Shown: positions 33,408 to 49,068, numbered from the stretch's first letter. The stretch is DNA of 64,000 nucleotides from an uncultured Alphaproteobacteria bacterium (GCA_963707265.1 CAVPOZ010000004.1:1228577-1292576), one strand, 5' to 3'. Numbers and translations: made by a program. The notes: generated by a model from the sequence alone, not told the origin.

Positions 33408-34589
33408 ATGATGCGAAGTAGCTTTGGCGCGATCACCCTTTCTCTAGCCTTGCTGGCTTGTTCCACGCCCCAACGCATGAAAGCCGTCCCTTCGACACAG
33501 ACGGCGGCCGCGCAACCGATAGTCGACAATATCCGCTATGTAGAGGCTCGGAATCCCGATGAATTTACGCGCGAATATCTGGCTTCAATGTACAAGGAGC
33601 GTAAATATCTGGCGAGCCAGGGACATACCGGGCCGATGCCGCCGGCGGCCTTCCTCGCAATATCCGGTGGCGGCGAAAACGGCGCCTTTGGAGCGGGCTT
33701 GCTCGCTGGCTGGCCAGGGCGGCCAGTCTTCAAAACGGTCACCGGGGTAAGCACCGGTGCGCTAACCGCGCCCTTCGCGTTTCTTGGTCCCAAATATGAT
33801 GCGGTTTTGCGGGAAGTCTATACGAACACGACCGACGCCGGGATCTACAAAAAGCGGGGCATGCTCAAAGGAATTCTGGGCGACGCAATGGCCACCACGC
33901 TGCCGCTCCAAAAGCTGGTCGAGCGCCTGATAACTCCCGCCCTCCTCGCTGAAGTCGCCGCAGAATATGAAAAGGGCCGGCTCCTATTGGTTGGAACTAC
34001 CGATCTCGACGCACGGGATGCGGTTGTTTGGAACATGACTGCTCTTGCAGCTAGCAACGATCCCGATGCGCTGACCCTGTTCCGCCAGGTTCTCGTAGCC
34101 TCGGCAGCCATACCGGGCGCGTTCCCGCCGATGATGATCGACGTTACCGTCGAGGGAACACATTATCAGGAAATGCATGTCGACGGCGGCGCCACTGCGC
34201 AGGTTTTCATCTATCCTCCGAATTTCCATCTGCACGAGGTTGCCAAAGCGGAGGGCTTCGACCGCCAGCGGACCCTTTATATCATTCGCAACGCGCAGCT
34301 CGACGCCGACTGGGGTGATGTCGATCGCAAGACGATGAGCATCGCGACCAATGCTATCACGTCGATCATACATGCCCAGGGAAATGGCGATCTCCAGCGG
34401 ATGTATTTGACCGCGCAGCGCGACATTCTGGATTATAACCTGGCGCTCATTCCCGCCGATTTCACAGCCGTGAGCAAATCGGAATTCGACCCGGTTTACA
34501 TGAGGCTATTATACGCCCGGGGTCTCGAAATGGCCCGCAACGGCTTTCCGTGGTTGAAATATCCGCCTGGCTATGGGCCAGCCAAATAG
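33408..34589 (+). CDS. Patatin-like phospholipase, lipoprotein
   Basis: Lipobox LLAC, SGGGENGAFGAG, GVSTG nucleophile, VDGG; start approximate. Confidence 0.9.
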   Translation: MMRSSFGAITLSLALLACSTPQRMKAVPSTQTAAAQPIVDNIRYVEARNPDEFTREYLASMYKERKYLASQGHTGPMPPAAFLAISGGGENGAFGAGLLAGWPGRPVFKTVTGVSTGALTAPFAFLGPKYDAVLREVYTNTTDAGIYKKRGMLKGILGDAMATTLPLQKLVERLITPALLAEVAAEYEKGRLLLVGTTDLDARDAVVWNMTALAASNDPDALTLFRQVLVASAAIPGAFPPMMIDVTVEGTHYQEMHVDGGATAQVFIYPPNFHLHEVAKAEGFDRQRTLYIIRNAQLDADWGDVDRKTMSIATNAITSIIHAQGNGDLQRMYLTAQRDILDYNLALIPADFTAVSKSEFDPVYMRLLYARGLEMARNGFPWLKYPPGYGPAK

Positions 34590-34685
34590 AAGTGGCTGGC
34601 TTCAGCCCGCCCAGGACATTGCGGCGCACTCGCATAGTGATCGGATCTGGTTTCCACTCCTGCTGAACGACGGCGCGCCTAAGCT

Positions 34686-35291
34686 CTACGCGGCGACCAG
34701 CGGGCTGACCGGCTCCTCTTCGCCGATCGCCTGGCCAACCGCTTCGCGGGCCGAAATGCGCTCGAACAGCTCGGCCAGTCTCGACGGAAGATCGATGCCA
34801 TACTTCCTTGCCCAGCGAAGCATGACGAACAGATAGGCGTCGGCCACCGTAAAATGGTCGCCGAGCACATAGGGGCCGCGCATCCCGTTAGCGATAATCT
34901 CGAGGCGCCACAGAACCGCTTCCCTTGCGGTTGCCAGCTCGGCTTCGCTCGCACCGTGGAAGTAGGGCTTGAAGGCTATGTGCAGCTCCGTCGACAGGAA
35001 CGAGAGCAACTCGATCAGCCGCGTCCGGGCGAGTTTTCCTTCAGGCCCAAGTTGGGGTGCAACATCGGCGAGATGCGACAGGATCGCCACATTCTCTGTC
35101 ACTACCTCTCCATCGGCGAGGATCAGTACCGGCACGCAGCCGGCAGGATTGATGGCATCGAAGTCGTCACCGCGCTCGGTCAACTTCGCCTTCAGGTCGA
35201 CCCGCTCGAACTCGGCAGGAATGCCTGCTTCGTGAAGTGAAATGCGGGTCGCGAGGCTGCAGGCCCCGGGCGAATAATAGAGCTTCATCAT
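34686..35291 (-). CDS. Glutathione S-transferase (beta-class-like)
   Basis: MKLYYSPGACSLA, INPAGCVPVL, TENVAIL, STELH, FTVADAYLF; ATGA overlap with upstream gene. Confidence 0.92.
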   Translation of the reverse strand: MMKLYYSPGACSLATRISLHEAGIPAEFERVDLKAKLTERGDDFDAINPAGCVPVLILADGEVVTENVAILSHLADVAPQLGPEGKLARTRLIELLSFLSTELHIAFKPYFHGASEAELATAREAVLWRLEIIANGMRGPYVLGDHFTVADAYLFVMLRWARKYGIDLPSRLAELFERISAREAVGQAIGEEEPVSPLVAA

Positions 35292-36211
35292 TCGACCTCC
35301 TGCGCCAGTTTCGCTGATGCGGCCTCGGCCCCGGGCCTCAAGGTTCCGGACAGCCATGCCGCGATATTGAGTGCGTAGCGATGCGTGTCCGCCATCGCCT
35401 CCGGCACGCGCCGAAGACCGTCGCCGGGCTTCTCGCTGACGAAGGTCGGGCAGCCGGACTGCGGATCCCAGTTATAGTCGGCGAAGTGGTGGAAAGTGCT
35501 TTCTGCAATCGCCGGCCCGCCATGCTCACCTGGCTCGAAGGCGACGGAGATGTTGAAGTCCACTCCGGTCGCCTGGCTCTTGCCCTTCAGGATAACCAGG
35601 GCGTTCTCGCCTTCCGGGACTCCGATGCCGCCCTCATGCGGATGGGACGGCAGGTAGCGGATCGATCCGGTCGGAGATTGCGCATTGGCGAGCACCGGAT
35701 GCGCCGGGCCGACGACCTCAACTTCCTGGAAATCGCCGTTCGCTCCGGAGTGGAAGTTCGGCCAGTCGATGTTGGTGGTATAAGGGTCGTCGCGCTTGTG
35801 GCGTTCGACGTCCGGATCCTGGTGTTTGGAGTGGAAATAATGTGCCTGGCCGACGCCGCCCAGGGTGCAGACCGACGAGCCGAGATCCATGTGGTCGCGG
35901 GTGACCAGCAAGCCGCGACCGCTCTTGCGGAAACGGGAAATGGCCGCGCAATCCTCCTCGGTCAGTCCGTCACCCGTGTCGACCGCGAATAGCCAGAGTT
36001 CGTCGAAATCGCTCTGGTCGATGGTCGAGAGGACCGAGTCCGGCCGTCCGGGCGGATCCCGGTCGCGGCTCGTGACTTCGTAGAGCGGATTGCCGCTTTC
36101 ATTGCGCTGCTCGCGGAGGAGAGTCGCCAGTTGGCTGAAGCGAGCGATCGACCAGTCGTTCTCCGTTGTCGGAATGGTCGTCTGAAGCAGTATCTTTTTT
36201 GGTTCAGCCAT
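35288..36211 (-). CDS. Uncharacterised 307-aa protein, possible class I glutamine amidotransferase/ThuA-like fold
   Basis: Intact ORF overlapping both neighbours; FDELWLFA..LTEEDCAAISRFRKSGRGLLVTRDH pattern resembles GATase1-like/ThuA folds; motifs HPHEG, ESTFHHF; fold is inference. Confidence 0.75.
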   Translation of the reverse strand: MAEPKKILLQTTIPTTENDWSIARFSQLATLLREQRNESGNPLYEVTSRDRDPPGRPDSVLSTIDQSDFDELWLFAVDTGDGLTEEDCAAISRFRKSGRGLLVTRDHMDLGSSVCTLGGVGQAHYFHSKHQDPDVERHKRDDPYTTNIDWPNFHSGANGDFQEVEVVGPAHPVLANAQSPTGSIRYLPSHPHEGGIGVPEGENALVILKGKSQATGVDFNISVAFEPGEHGGPAIAESTFHHFADYNWDPQSGCPTFVSEKPGDGLRRVPEAMADTHRYALNIAAWLSGTLRPGAEAASAKLAQEVE

Positions 36212-37130
36212 TCTGAAATGCCTCCCATTCCTTCAATCTCTCGGTGATCAGTGCAGCGCGCTTCTTGTCATCGCGCCCGTCGAGGACGTCGACTTCGTCC
36301 GGGTCCGCGCGCCAATATACGCCGGCGGTACGGGCATTGAGGCTGGGGTCGGAGTCGGAGCGCACGATGAAGTAACCGTTCGCGCGGTCGTCGGATTCGA
36401 GGTTGATTTCGCCCGTGCCGTTGATCTGCGGAACGTCGACGTCGAGCGGCCGCTCGCCCTTCCAATAGTAGAAGAGTCCGGACTCCTCCTTGAGCTTGGC
36501 CGCTTCGCTCCAGTATCTCGCAGACAGCCGCCCGTCGCTCTTCCATGATCGCCCGGTGATCCCGAGCGCGCCGTCCCGATCCCGGGAGATCTTCAACAGG
36601 CTAAGTGCGGAAGGCTCCTTTTCGGTTCGGGCGGTGAGCGAGAATTGCCACCACTGGCCTTCGATGCGGGCCATGCGTCCCTCGTCTTCGATCGCCGTCC
36701 GAATCTTCTGGTTCACGGCTCGCATTTCTGGCGCCGTCATCTCTCCTGAATATCGAACCGACGTGAGGCCCAGCAGGTCGGTCGGAAGCTTTGCGCCATG
36801 CGCATGGAGGATGAATGTCCGGCGCATGCCCAATACGCCGCCGAAGAGTCCTGCCTCGAACACCACATTGTCCCGCGGCGACGCCTGGCTGAGTGCCGTT
36901 CCCGGCGCAGCTGCAGCGTCGATGGAAGTCCAATCGTCCTGGGCGAAGACGAAAACCGCAAAATCGACTTGTCGAGTCAGCTCCATCAGCCGCTCAAGTG
37001 TCGAAACTCCGGGATTAAACGATGTCGTCCAAGGATCGACGTCTGCGATGTCGCTGAGGCCGCGCGCCAGCGCTTGAAGCAGCTTTTCCTGCTTGCCTGA
37101 CGAGCCCAGGAAAATGCGAGGCTTGCCCAC
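36204..37130 (-). CDS. CAP12/Pycsar-type TIR-domain protein with C-terminal beta-rich domain
   Basis: GGAGGA RBS + GTG; RIFLGSS, PW..F..G..TLE.L, DFAVFVFAQDD, RDNVVFEAGLF, LPTDLLG; C-terminal alternating beta pattern from IEGQWW. Confidence 0.88.
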   Translation of the reverse strand: MGKPRIFLGSSGKQEKLLQALARGLSDIADVDPWTTSFNPGVSTLERLMELTRQVDFAVFVFAQDDWTSIDAAAAPGTALSQASPRDNVVFEAGLFGGVLGMRRTFILHAHGAKLPTDLLGLTSVRYSGEMTAPEMRAVNQKIRTAIEDEGRMARIEGQWWQFSLTARTEKEPSALSLLKISRDRDGALGITGRSWKSDGRLSARYWSEAAKLKEESGLFYYWKGERPLDVDVPQINGTGEINLESDDRANGYFIVRSDSDPSLNARTAGVYWRADPDEVDVLDGRDDKKRAALITERLKEWEAFQNG

Positions 37131-37392
37131 TAGTCCTCCGAGATTTCGCAACCCATGAATTTACGCAGTACATGATTTGGAAGCGGCGGGGCGATGCCTT
37201 GAGAGCTTCCCGGCGATGGACTTTATAGCTTGCCAGCTATCGAGTGGGAACGGGCGCATGTAGCCGGAATGTCCGTTTACCAGCCGTTTGTAGACACTGG
37301 CGCGGCTGCTAGGCTCCATACTTGACGTGCTTTTCCCCAGGAAGAAAGACAAGTTGTCCCCGCCAGGAAATAGGCGCCTTTCCCGGGGACGA

Positions 37393-38835
37393 TCAGTTCG
37401 CCCTGATCACCGGGGGCGCCTTCCATTTTCCGTCAAGCGCATCCTGCTTGGGCCAGTAGAGCCGCATTGCGGTGACGAACGGCCCCTTGGGCGCCGGCAA
37501 CCAGTTGGGTTCCTTGTCCTTCCCGGGCGATTCATTCTGGATATAGAGGGTGATCCCGCCATCGGGATCTTTCACGAGCTGCGGAAGCATTGGCGAGTTG
37601 ATCAGGTAGCGCTTGATAGGGTTGGCGACGAGCAGGCTCTTTGGAAGCTCATACATTGTCAGCGACCAGAAGGCATTTACGGGCGGAAGCTGACCGGGGG
37701 CAAAGCGCACGGTATATTTGTGCGAACCGTCAAGCGCCTGGCCGTCGGCATCGGCGCGGTACATCGGGTACATCGCCTCCTCTTTGGAGTTGCCGTAAAT
37801 GCCGAGCACGGCGGCGGCCATGCGGTACAGATAGTTGCCCTTGAGAGAGGCTCGCGTTCCGAACAGGTCGCCGGACGTCACTTTCCCGGTATCGAGTTCC
37901 GTCTTCTGCAGATTGGCGAGATCGGCCCAGGCGTCGGCCATTCCTTCTTGGTAGGCGGCTTTCAATTCGGGCGAGAGCGAGCCCACGTCCAACGTCTTGC
38001 CGGGAGCGATTCCGATTTTCGCAAAGCGCGCACGGATGGCCTCTTCGGATGGAACGGTCGGGGCATATTGCATGGCGAAATTGAGGATGTTGAAGAACTC
38101 GAGCGAATTCTTCTCACCGTCCGGCGTCAGCGGCTTGATGAAGTCGATAGGTGGTGCAGCGGGCGGCGCCGGCTGCCCCAGGAAAGCCGACAGCGGCTGC
38201 AGCTTATAGCCTGCCTGCACCTTCTTCACATTGTCGAGGTCGGCGGGATTGAACAATTGCGTGCGAATGATGGGGGACACAAGGTCCGTATCAGACCGGA
38301 TGACCTTGTTGATGCCCTTGGGCGTGTCACCCTTCCAGCCCGGTCCGGCGATCAGATAATTGCCGCCGCCATTTCCGGTCGTACGGCTGCCGATATAGTC
38401 GAAATTGAACGTATAGGCGTCGACCAATTGGACGCTGTAATAGCGACCTTTCTCGATCGGCGGAATGGTAAGCACCATGGGTTCGGCGCGTAGGTCCAGC
38501 CCGGCAAAGGAATAAGGAGTATCCGAATTGGGAGTCTGAACCGCCGTGTCGGCAGGAGTGTAAACACGCGGAATATTGACGAGCGTGTTCCAGGGAGCCT
38601 TGTATTCCGGATTGGACTTGTCGACGAAATAGGCGTGCTGGATACGGTAGTTGTCGACCATCGGGAAGCCGTAGATATAGGCTTCCTTGGCGATGGCGCG
38701 CACTTCGGGAGGTGTGATTGCGGACTGGCCGGCCTGACCCGACTGCGCGGCCGGTTTGCATGCCGGTGTGACCAGGACGGCCGCGACCAGGGCGAGCCCG
38801 GTCGTGAAGCTTCTACGTGTCACAATTAAGCTCAT
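37393..38835 (-). CDS. DUF1254/DUF1214 lipoprotein (possible Tat signal)
   Basis: TRRSF + TPAC lipobox; AYIYGFP, TPNSDTPYS, PPVNAFWSLTMY, NWLPAP, RLYWP. Confidence 0.88.
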   Translation of the reverse strand: MSLIVTRRSFTTGLALVAAVLVTPACKPAAQSGQAGQSAITPPEVRAIAKEAYIYGFPMVDNYRIQHAYFVDKSNPEYKAPWNTLVNIPRVYTPADTAVQTPNSDTPYSFAGLDLRAEPMVLTIPPIEKGRYYSVQLVDAYTFNFDYIGSRTTGNGGGNYLIAGPGWKGDTPKGINKVIRSDTDLVSPIIRTQLFNPADLDNVKKVQAGYKLQPLSAFLGQPAPPAAPPIDFIKPLTPDGEKNSLEFFNILNFAMQYAPTVPSEEAIRARFAKIGIAPGKTLDVGSLSPELKAAYQEGMADAWADLANLQKTELDTGKVTSGDLFGTRASLKGNYLYRMAAAVLGIYGNSKEEAMYPMYRADADGQALDGSHKYTVRFAPGQLPPVNAFWSLTMYELPKSLLVANPIKRYLINSPMLPQLVKDPDGGITLYIQNESPGKDKEPNWLPAPKGPFVTAMRLYWPKQDALDGKWKAPPVIRAN

Positions 38836-38951
38836 GGGGGCTTCTCCTGGATTATGTCCTTCGCAAGAGCCTATTTGAGCTTCGACGCATCTGCCTATCG
38901 GGCAAATTCCCTAGAAACGGGTTCGAACGGGAAGGCCTCCATTCGAAGTAA

Positions 38952-39704
38952 TCACTCGCCGGAGCTGGCGCGCTCAACGTGATAGTCGATGCGAATACGA
39001 ACCCAGGTTCCGACTAGCGTCTTGCCTCCGACGCGGGGCGGGCGGACGAGGAATTGCCATGCCGCCTGGCGGACGGCGCCGGCGAGGTGGGATCCGGGCG
39101 GCCCCTGGCCGAGCTCGACGCAGTCTTCGACGTGATAGCGCTCGACCGTCCGGCACGCGACCAGGCCCCAGCCGCCACCCTCCGGCATATTTTTCGGAAG
39201 ATATGTACCGAGCTCCCGGTTGGTCGGTTCGCGATACCATTCGGCAGCGTAGAGCGGCTCGCCATTGGGGGCGGTGCCGACCTGCTCGCTGTCGCCGGGG
39301 GCGTTACCCTGGGCCAATTGCGCCCCGGCGCCGGGGGCGTTGGTGCCGAGCTTGGCGATGTCGGAGGCTTCGAATTCTTCCTTGCTCAGCGGTATCAGGT
39401 CGAGCGGGCGTTCGGGGAGGATGATCTTCGGCTTGAACGTTGGCGGGACTGGGCGCGGCGGCTTGCGGGTAGGGGGCGCGGGCTTTTGCGCCTTGCTGGC
39501 GGTGGCCTCATCCTCATTGGCGGCGATGTCGAAGGTGGAAAGGGTGCCGCCTTTGAATTCGGGGCGCTTGGGCGTGAAGTCGAGGCCGAGGAACGCCAGC
39601 AACAGCAGGATTTCGATCGCAAGCGCGAGAAGGAAGGATGCGGCGCGACGGCGGCGGGAAGGGCGCTCCTGCGGCGATTCGAGGCGGTAATGGGCCGAAT
39701 TCAA
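38952..39704 (-). CDS. Membrane-anchored Pro-rich protein with TonB-C-like C-terminus
   Basis: N-terminal TM, Pro-rich linker, WYREPT, WQFLVRPPRVGG..GTWVRIRIDY; start uncertain. Confidence 0.7.
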   Translation of the reverse strand: MNSAHYRLESPQERPSRRRRAASFLLALAIEILLLLAFLGLDFTPKRPEFKGGTLSTFDIAANEDEATASKAQKPAPPTRKPPRPVPPTFKPKIILPERPLDLIPLSKEEFEASDIAKLGTNAPGAGAQLAQGNAPGDSEQVGTAPNGEPLYAAEWYREPTNRELGTYLPKNMPEGGGWGLVACRTVERYHVEDCVELGQGPPGSHLAGAVRQAAWQFLVRPPRVGGKTLVGTWVRIRIDYHVERASSGE

Positions 39705-39741
39705 GGGGTGGGGAGCCTCTGGAAATTCGCCTTCAAAGGGA

Positions 39742-39770
39742 CGTCCTTCGACTTCGCTCAGGACGAACGA
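39742..39770 (-). repeat. REP-like palindromic element downstream of rpoD
   Basis: Reverse complement TCGTTCGTCCTGAGCGAAGTCGAAGGACG; resembles a short interspersed repeat I recall from sphingomonads. Confidence 0.55.
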
Positions 39771-39787
39771 TCAGTGAGGCTGATGCC

Positions 39788-41814
<2,027 letters not shown>

Positions 41815-41825
41815 TGTGCGCCCGC

Positions 41826-43674
41826 TTACTCATTGCTGGCGAGAGACGCCAGTCGTTCATTTATGACCTCACGCGCGGCGTGAAGCCGTTGTTGCTCTTC
41901 AAAGGCAGCTTCGTCGCCAGCCCTGAACCGGTTCATCGCCGTTTCGAATGCCGCTTCGATCTCGACCTTGGCCATCAACGTCTCGATTGCGAGACCCAAA
42001 TCGCGCCTCGCAATCGCGGGGTCGCTCTTCGTTCCGGTAAAGCTGAAACCGATGTCGCCGCCTTTGGACACGTCGCGCCAGGCGGCGGCCGTCTCCTCGG
42101 CCGCCAATATGGTGGCAATGCCTTGCCGATCAAGCATTTGTCCCGACATGATGAGATCGACCATCCGATCGCGAAGTCTTGAAGCGGACTTGTCGCCGAT
42201 CGGGAGGGCGGCGAGCGCCTCGACATGATCGCCGATCGCGTCGGGATAAAGGGCATGGCCGAAGACGAGGGCTCGTGCCGTGGTCTTGTCGATTCCGGCC
42301 GAGCCAATGGCCCTGGCAGCGGCGCTGGCCGGCTGTGGCGGCGGGACGAAGCGGCCGCCCTTCTTCTTCCATTCCCTGCGCGGGTAGAGCGAGCGGGCCT
42401 GGGCGGTTGCGGGCGGACAAGCGCTTCGAATTTGCGCAGCCATTCGTCGCGGTAGAGCTGGCGGAGATTGGGATCGCCGATCGCCTGGACATGCTCCATC
42501 AGCCGCTGCTTCAGGCCTGCGCGGGCCTCCGGCGTGTCGAGCGGCGCCGCCTCGACTTCGTGGCGCCACAGCCGCTCGACCAAAGGTTCGGGCGCGGCAA
42601 GCAGCTCCTCGATCGCCGCGCGGCCGCCGGACCGGACCAGGTCGTCGGGATCCTGGCCCGCAGGAAGCGCGACGAAGCGCAGCGTTCGTTCGGGGGCCAG
42701 GTGGGGCAGGGCGCGGAGCGCTGCGCGGACCGCCGCCTTCTGACCCGCCGCGTCGCCGTCGAAGCAGCAGATCGGTTGACCGTCCAGGCGCCACATCCGC
42801 TCAAGCTGCGCCTCGGTGACTGCGGTGCCGTTCGGGGCCACGACTTCGGCGATGCCGGCACGGTCGAGTGCGATTACGTCCATATAGCCTTCGACGACGA
42901 TCAGCCGCCTGGCCGGCGCGGCTGGCCGGACTGGCCCGATCGATGTTGTAGAGTGTGCGGCCCTTGTCGAAGAGGGGCGTGTCGGGCGAGTTGAGATATT
43001 TGGGCTCGCCGGGGCCGAGGATCCGCCCACCGAAGGCGATCACCCGTCCGCGGGCATCGCGGATCGGGATCATCAGCCGCCCGCGGAAGCGATCGTAGCT
43101 TTGCTTATTCGTCTTCTTCGGGCCGGATCAGCATGCCGGTTTCGACCAGCTTGTCCTCGCCGAGGTCTTTGAGCGCCGCCTTGAGCTTGCCGCGGCAGTC
43201 CGGCGCGAGGCCGAGCCCGAACTTTTCGACCTGCTTCGCGTCGATCCCTCGCGCCGCGAGATAGGCCCGGGCCTCTCCGCCCTCGATCCCATTCAGCTGT
43301 TCGGCGAACCATTTCTGGGCGGCGGCCATGACGTCGTGAAGCCCGGCGGACCGCTCCTGCCGTTCGCGGTCGCGAGGGTCGGGCGCGGGGACTTCCATGC
43401 CCGCCTTGCCCGCCAGTTCCTTCACCGCATCCATGAAGGGGAGGCCGCGCTGGTCGGTCAGGAAGCGAATCGCGTCACCATGCGCCCCGCAGCCGAAGCA
43501 GTGGTAGAAACCCTTTTCGTCGTTGACGGTGAAGCTGGGCGTCTTCTCGTTATGGAACGGGCAGCAGGCCTTGAACTCGCGCCCGGCCTTGATGAGTTTC
43601 ACCGACGGGGCGATGACGGCGGACAGTAAGGTCCGCGCCCTCAGTTCGTCCAGCCATTGAGGCGACAGGGTCAC
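41826..43674 (-). CDS. dnaG: DNA primase (indels)
   Basis: [15 protein letters not shown] zinc finger, [28 protein letters not shown]. Confidence 0.95.
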
Positions 43675-44127
43675 CCGGCCAGCGCGGCCTTGACCAGGGC
43701 ACTCGCCCGGGCCGGTTCGATTTGGGTGCCGAGCCTGGTCTTCACCTCGGTCATGACGCGCCCCATGTCCTTCATCGATGAGGCGCCAGTGTCGGCGATG
43801 ATCGACTGGATCGCGGCGCTGGCCTCTTCTTCGCTCAGCTGGGCGGGGAGGAAGCGTTCGATGACCGCGATTTCGGCTTCTTCGACCGCGGCCAGCTCCT
43901 CGCGGTCGCCCTTGCGATAGAGTTCGACCGATTCGCGGCGCTGCTTGATCATTTTCTGCAGCACTTCGGTGACCAGCAGCATCGTCGTCGGGTGTTTGCG
44001 ATGAGGTGCGAAGCTCGATGTCGCGGTTCTTGATCGCCGACTGGATGAGGCGGATCGTCTGGGTCGCGGCCTTGTCGCCGCCCTTCATCGCGCCAATCAG
44101 CGCGGCCTTGATGTCATCGCGAATCAT
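43671..44127 (-). CDS. GatB/YqeY domain protein (one indel)
   Basis: AMKGGDK..IRLI, KMIKQRRES, LPAQLS, KDMGRVM. Confidence 0.9.
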
Positions 44128-44274
44128 TGCTTGCCAGTCTCGGTTCACCGGAAAAGACCAGTCCTAACGGCGAATCCCGCACTTTCACAGCGTTGACCTG
44201 ATGGCCAATCGCGCGTAGCGGCCATCGCTTAGCGACATTGCCGCAAACCTATAACGGAAAGGCTCTTCCCGCCG

Positions 44275-45445
44275 ATGGCCGATGCACATCCTGCGCGCAC
44301 CCAGCAACCCGACGGGGCCACAGGAGTCATTGTTTTCGCCGACGGCCGGACGATCTGGGGCAAGGGGCTTCGGCTCCGAAGGGCAAGTGGTCGGCGAGCT
44401 GTGTTTCCACACCGCCATGACCGGCTACCAGGAAATCATGACCGATCCGTCGTTTGCGCGGCAGATCATCGCCTTCACCTTCCCGCACATCGGCAATGTC
44501 GGGGCCAATGACGAGGATGTCGAAGCCGGCGAGGCGCATGCGCTGGGCTGCCTGGTGCGCGAGGCGGTGACGTCACCGTCCAACTTCCGCAGCCAGCAGG
44601 ATTTTCCGAGCTGGATGGCCGCGACGGGGCGGATCGGCATTTCGGGAGTCGACACGCGGGCGCTGACCCGGCTGGTGCGCCGCGAGGGGCCGCCGACGAT
44701 TGCGATCGCCCATAATGCCCAGGGACATTTCGATCTCGACGCGCTTCAGCAGATGGCGGCAGAATGGCCGGGTCTGGAAGGCATGGACCTGGCCAAGGAG
44801 GTCAGCCGGGACCAGCTCGAGGCATGGAGCGGCGGGCACTGGGAGCTGGGCGAGGGCTATCGGATGGGCGGCCACGACATGTCGCAGCCCCATGTCGTCG
44901 CCATCGACTATGGCGCCAAGCGCAACATCTTCCGCAACCTGGTCGAGGCCGGTGCGCGGGTGACCGTGCTGCCGGCGACGGCGTCGTTCGACGAGGTCAT
45001 GAGCCACAAGCCCGACGGCTTCTTCCTCTCCAACGGCCCGGGCGATCCTGCCGCGACCGGCGAATATGCGATTCCGGTGATCCGGCGGATGCTGGACAGC
45101 GGCAGGCCCCTGTTCGGCATCTGCCTCGGCCATCAGCTGCTGGCCCTCACCGTCGGCGGCAAGACGGCCAAGATGTTCCAGGGCCACCGCGGCGCCAACC
45201 ATCCGGTCAAGCGGCTGGCCGACGGCGCGGTCGAGATCACCAGCATGAACCACGGGTTCGCGGTCGAGCGCGAAGGCCTGCCGAACAATGTCCGCGAGAC
45301 CCATGTCAGCCTGTTCGACGACAGCAATTGCGGGATCGAGCTGACCGACCGCCCGGCGTTCAGCGTCCAGTACCACCCCGAGGCCAGCCCCGGCCCGCAG
45401 GATAGCTTCTACCTGTTCGAGAAGTTCGTGGGGATGATGCGGTGA
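44275..45445 (+). CDS. carA: Carbamoyl-phosphate synthase small subunit (indel near 44365)
   Basis: TAMTGYQE..TDPS, SNGPGDP, FGICLGHQ, SVQYHPEASPGP. Confidence 0.96.
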
Positions 45446-45722
45446 GCCGTCTGGCCTGCCGCGCAATTTTCATGGCGTCCTTTCTAGCCCTTTCCGCCTG
45501 CGCGACGCCGCGGATGCACAGCCAGGACGAGCTCAACAGCGCGAGCCTGGCCTGTGGGCTGACCTATGGCGAACTGATCCAGGATGAGGAGGCGAAGAAG
45601 CTGCTCATCATGTTCCGCGCCGCGCCGACCCCTGAACATCGCGACTGCGTCTACCAATGGGCGCGCAAGCACCATCTCAAACTGGTCGTCATCGACGCCA
45701 TCAACTTTCCCGAGGAAAAATA

Positions 45723-45723
<1 letters not shown>
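45442..45723 (+). CDS. Small lipoprotein between carA and carB
   Basis: Lipobox LSAC; overlaps carA stop (GTGA) and carB start (TAGTG). Confidence 0.72.

Positions 45724-49068
<3,345 letters not shown>

Noticed and set aside
33408-34589. Patatin as a CBASS CapV effector belonging with the TIR operon
   Set aside because: It has a lipoprotein signal, lies on the opposite strand in a separate unit, and no CD-NTase is present.
36204-37130. Calling the TIR locus CBASS, Pycsar or Thoeris
   Set aside because: No CD-NTase, PycC, cNMP, STING, SIR2/SLOG or Macro partner is recognisable nearby.
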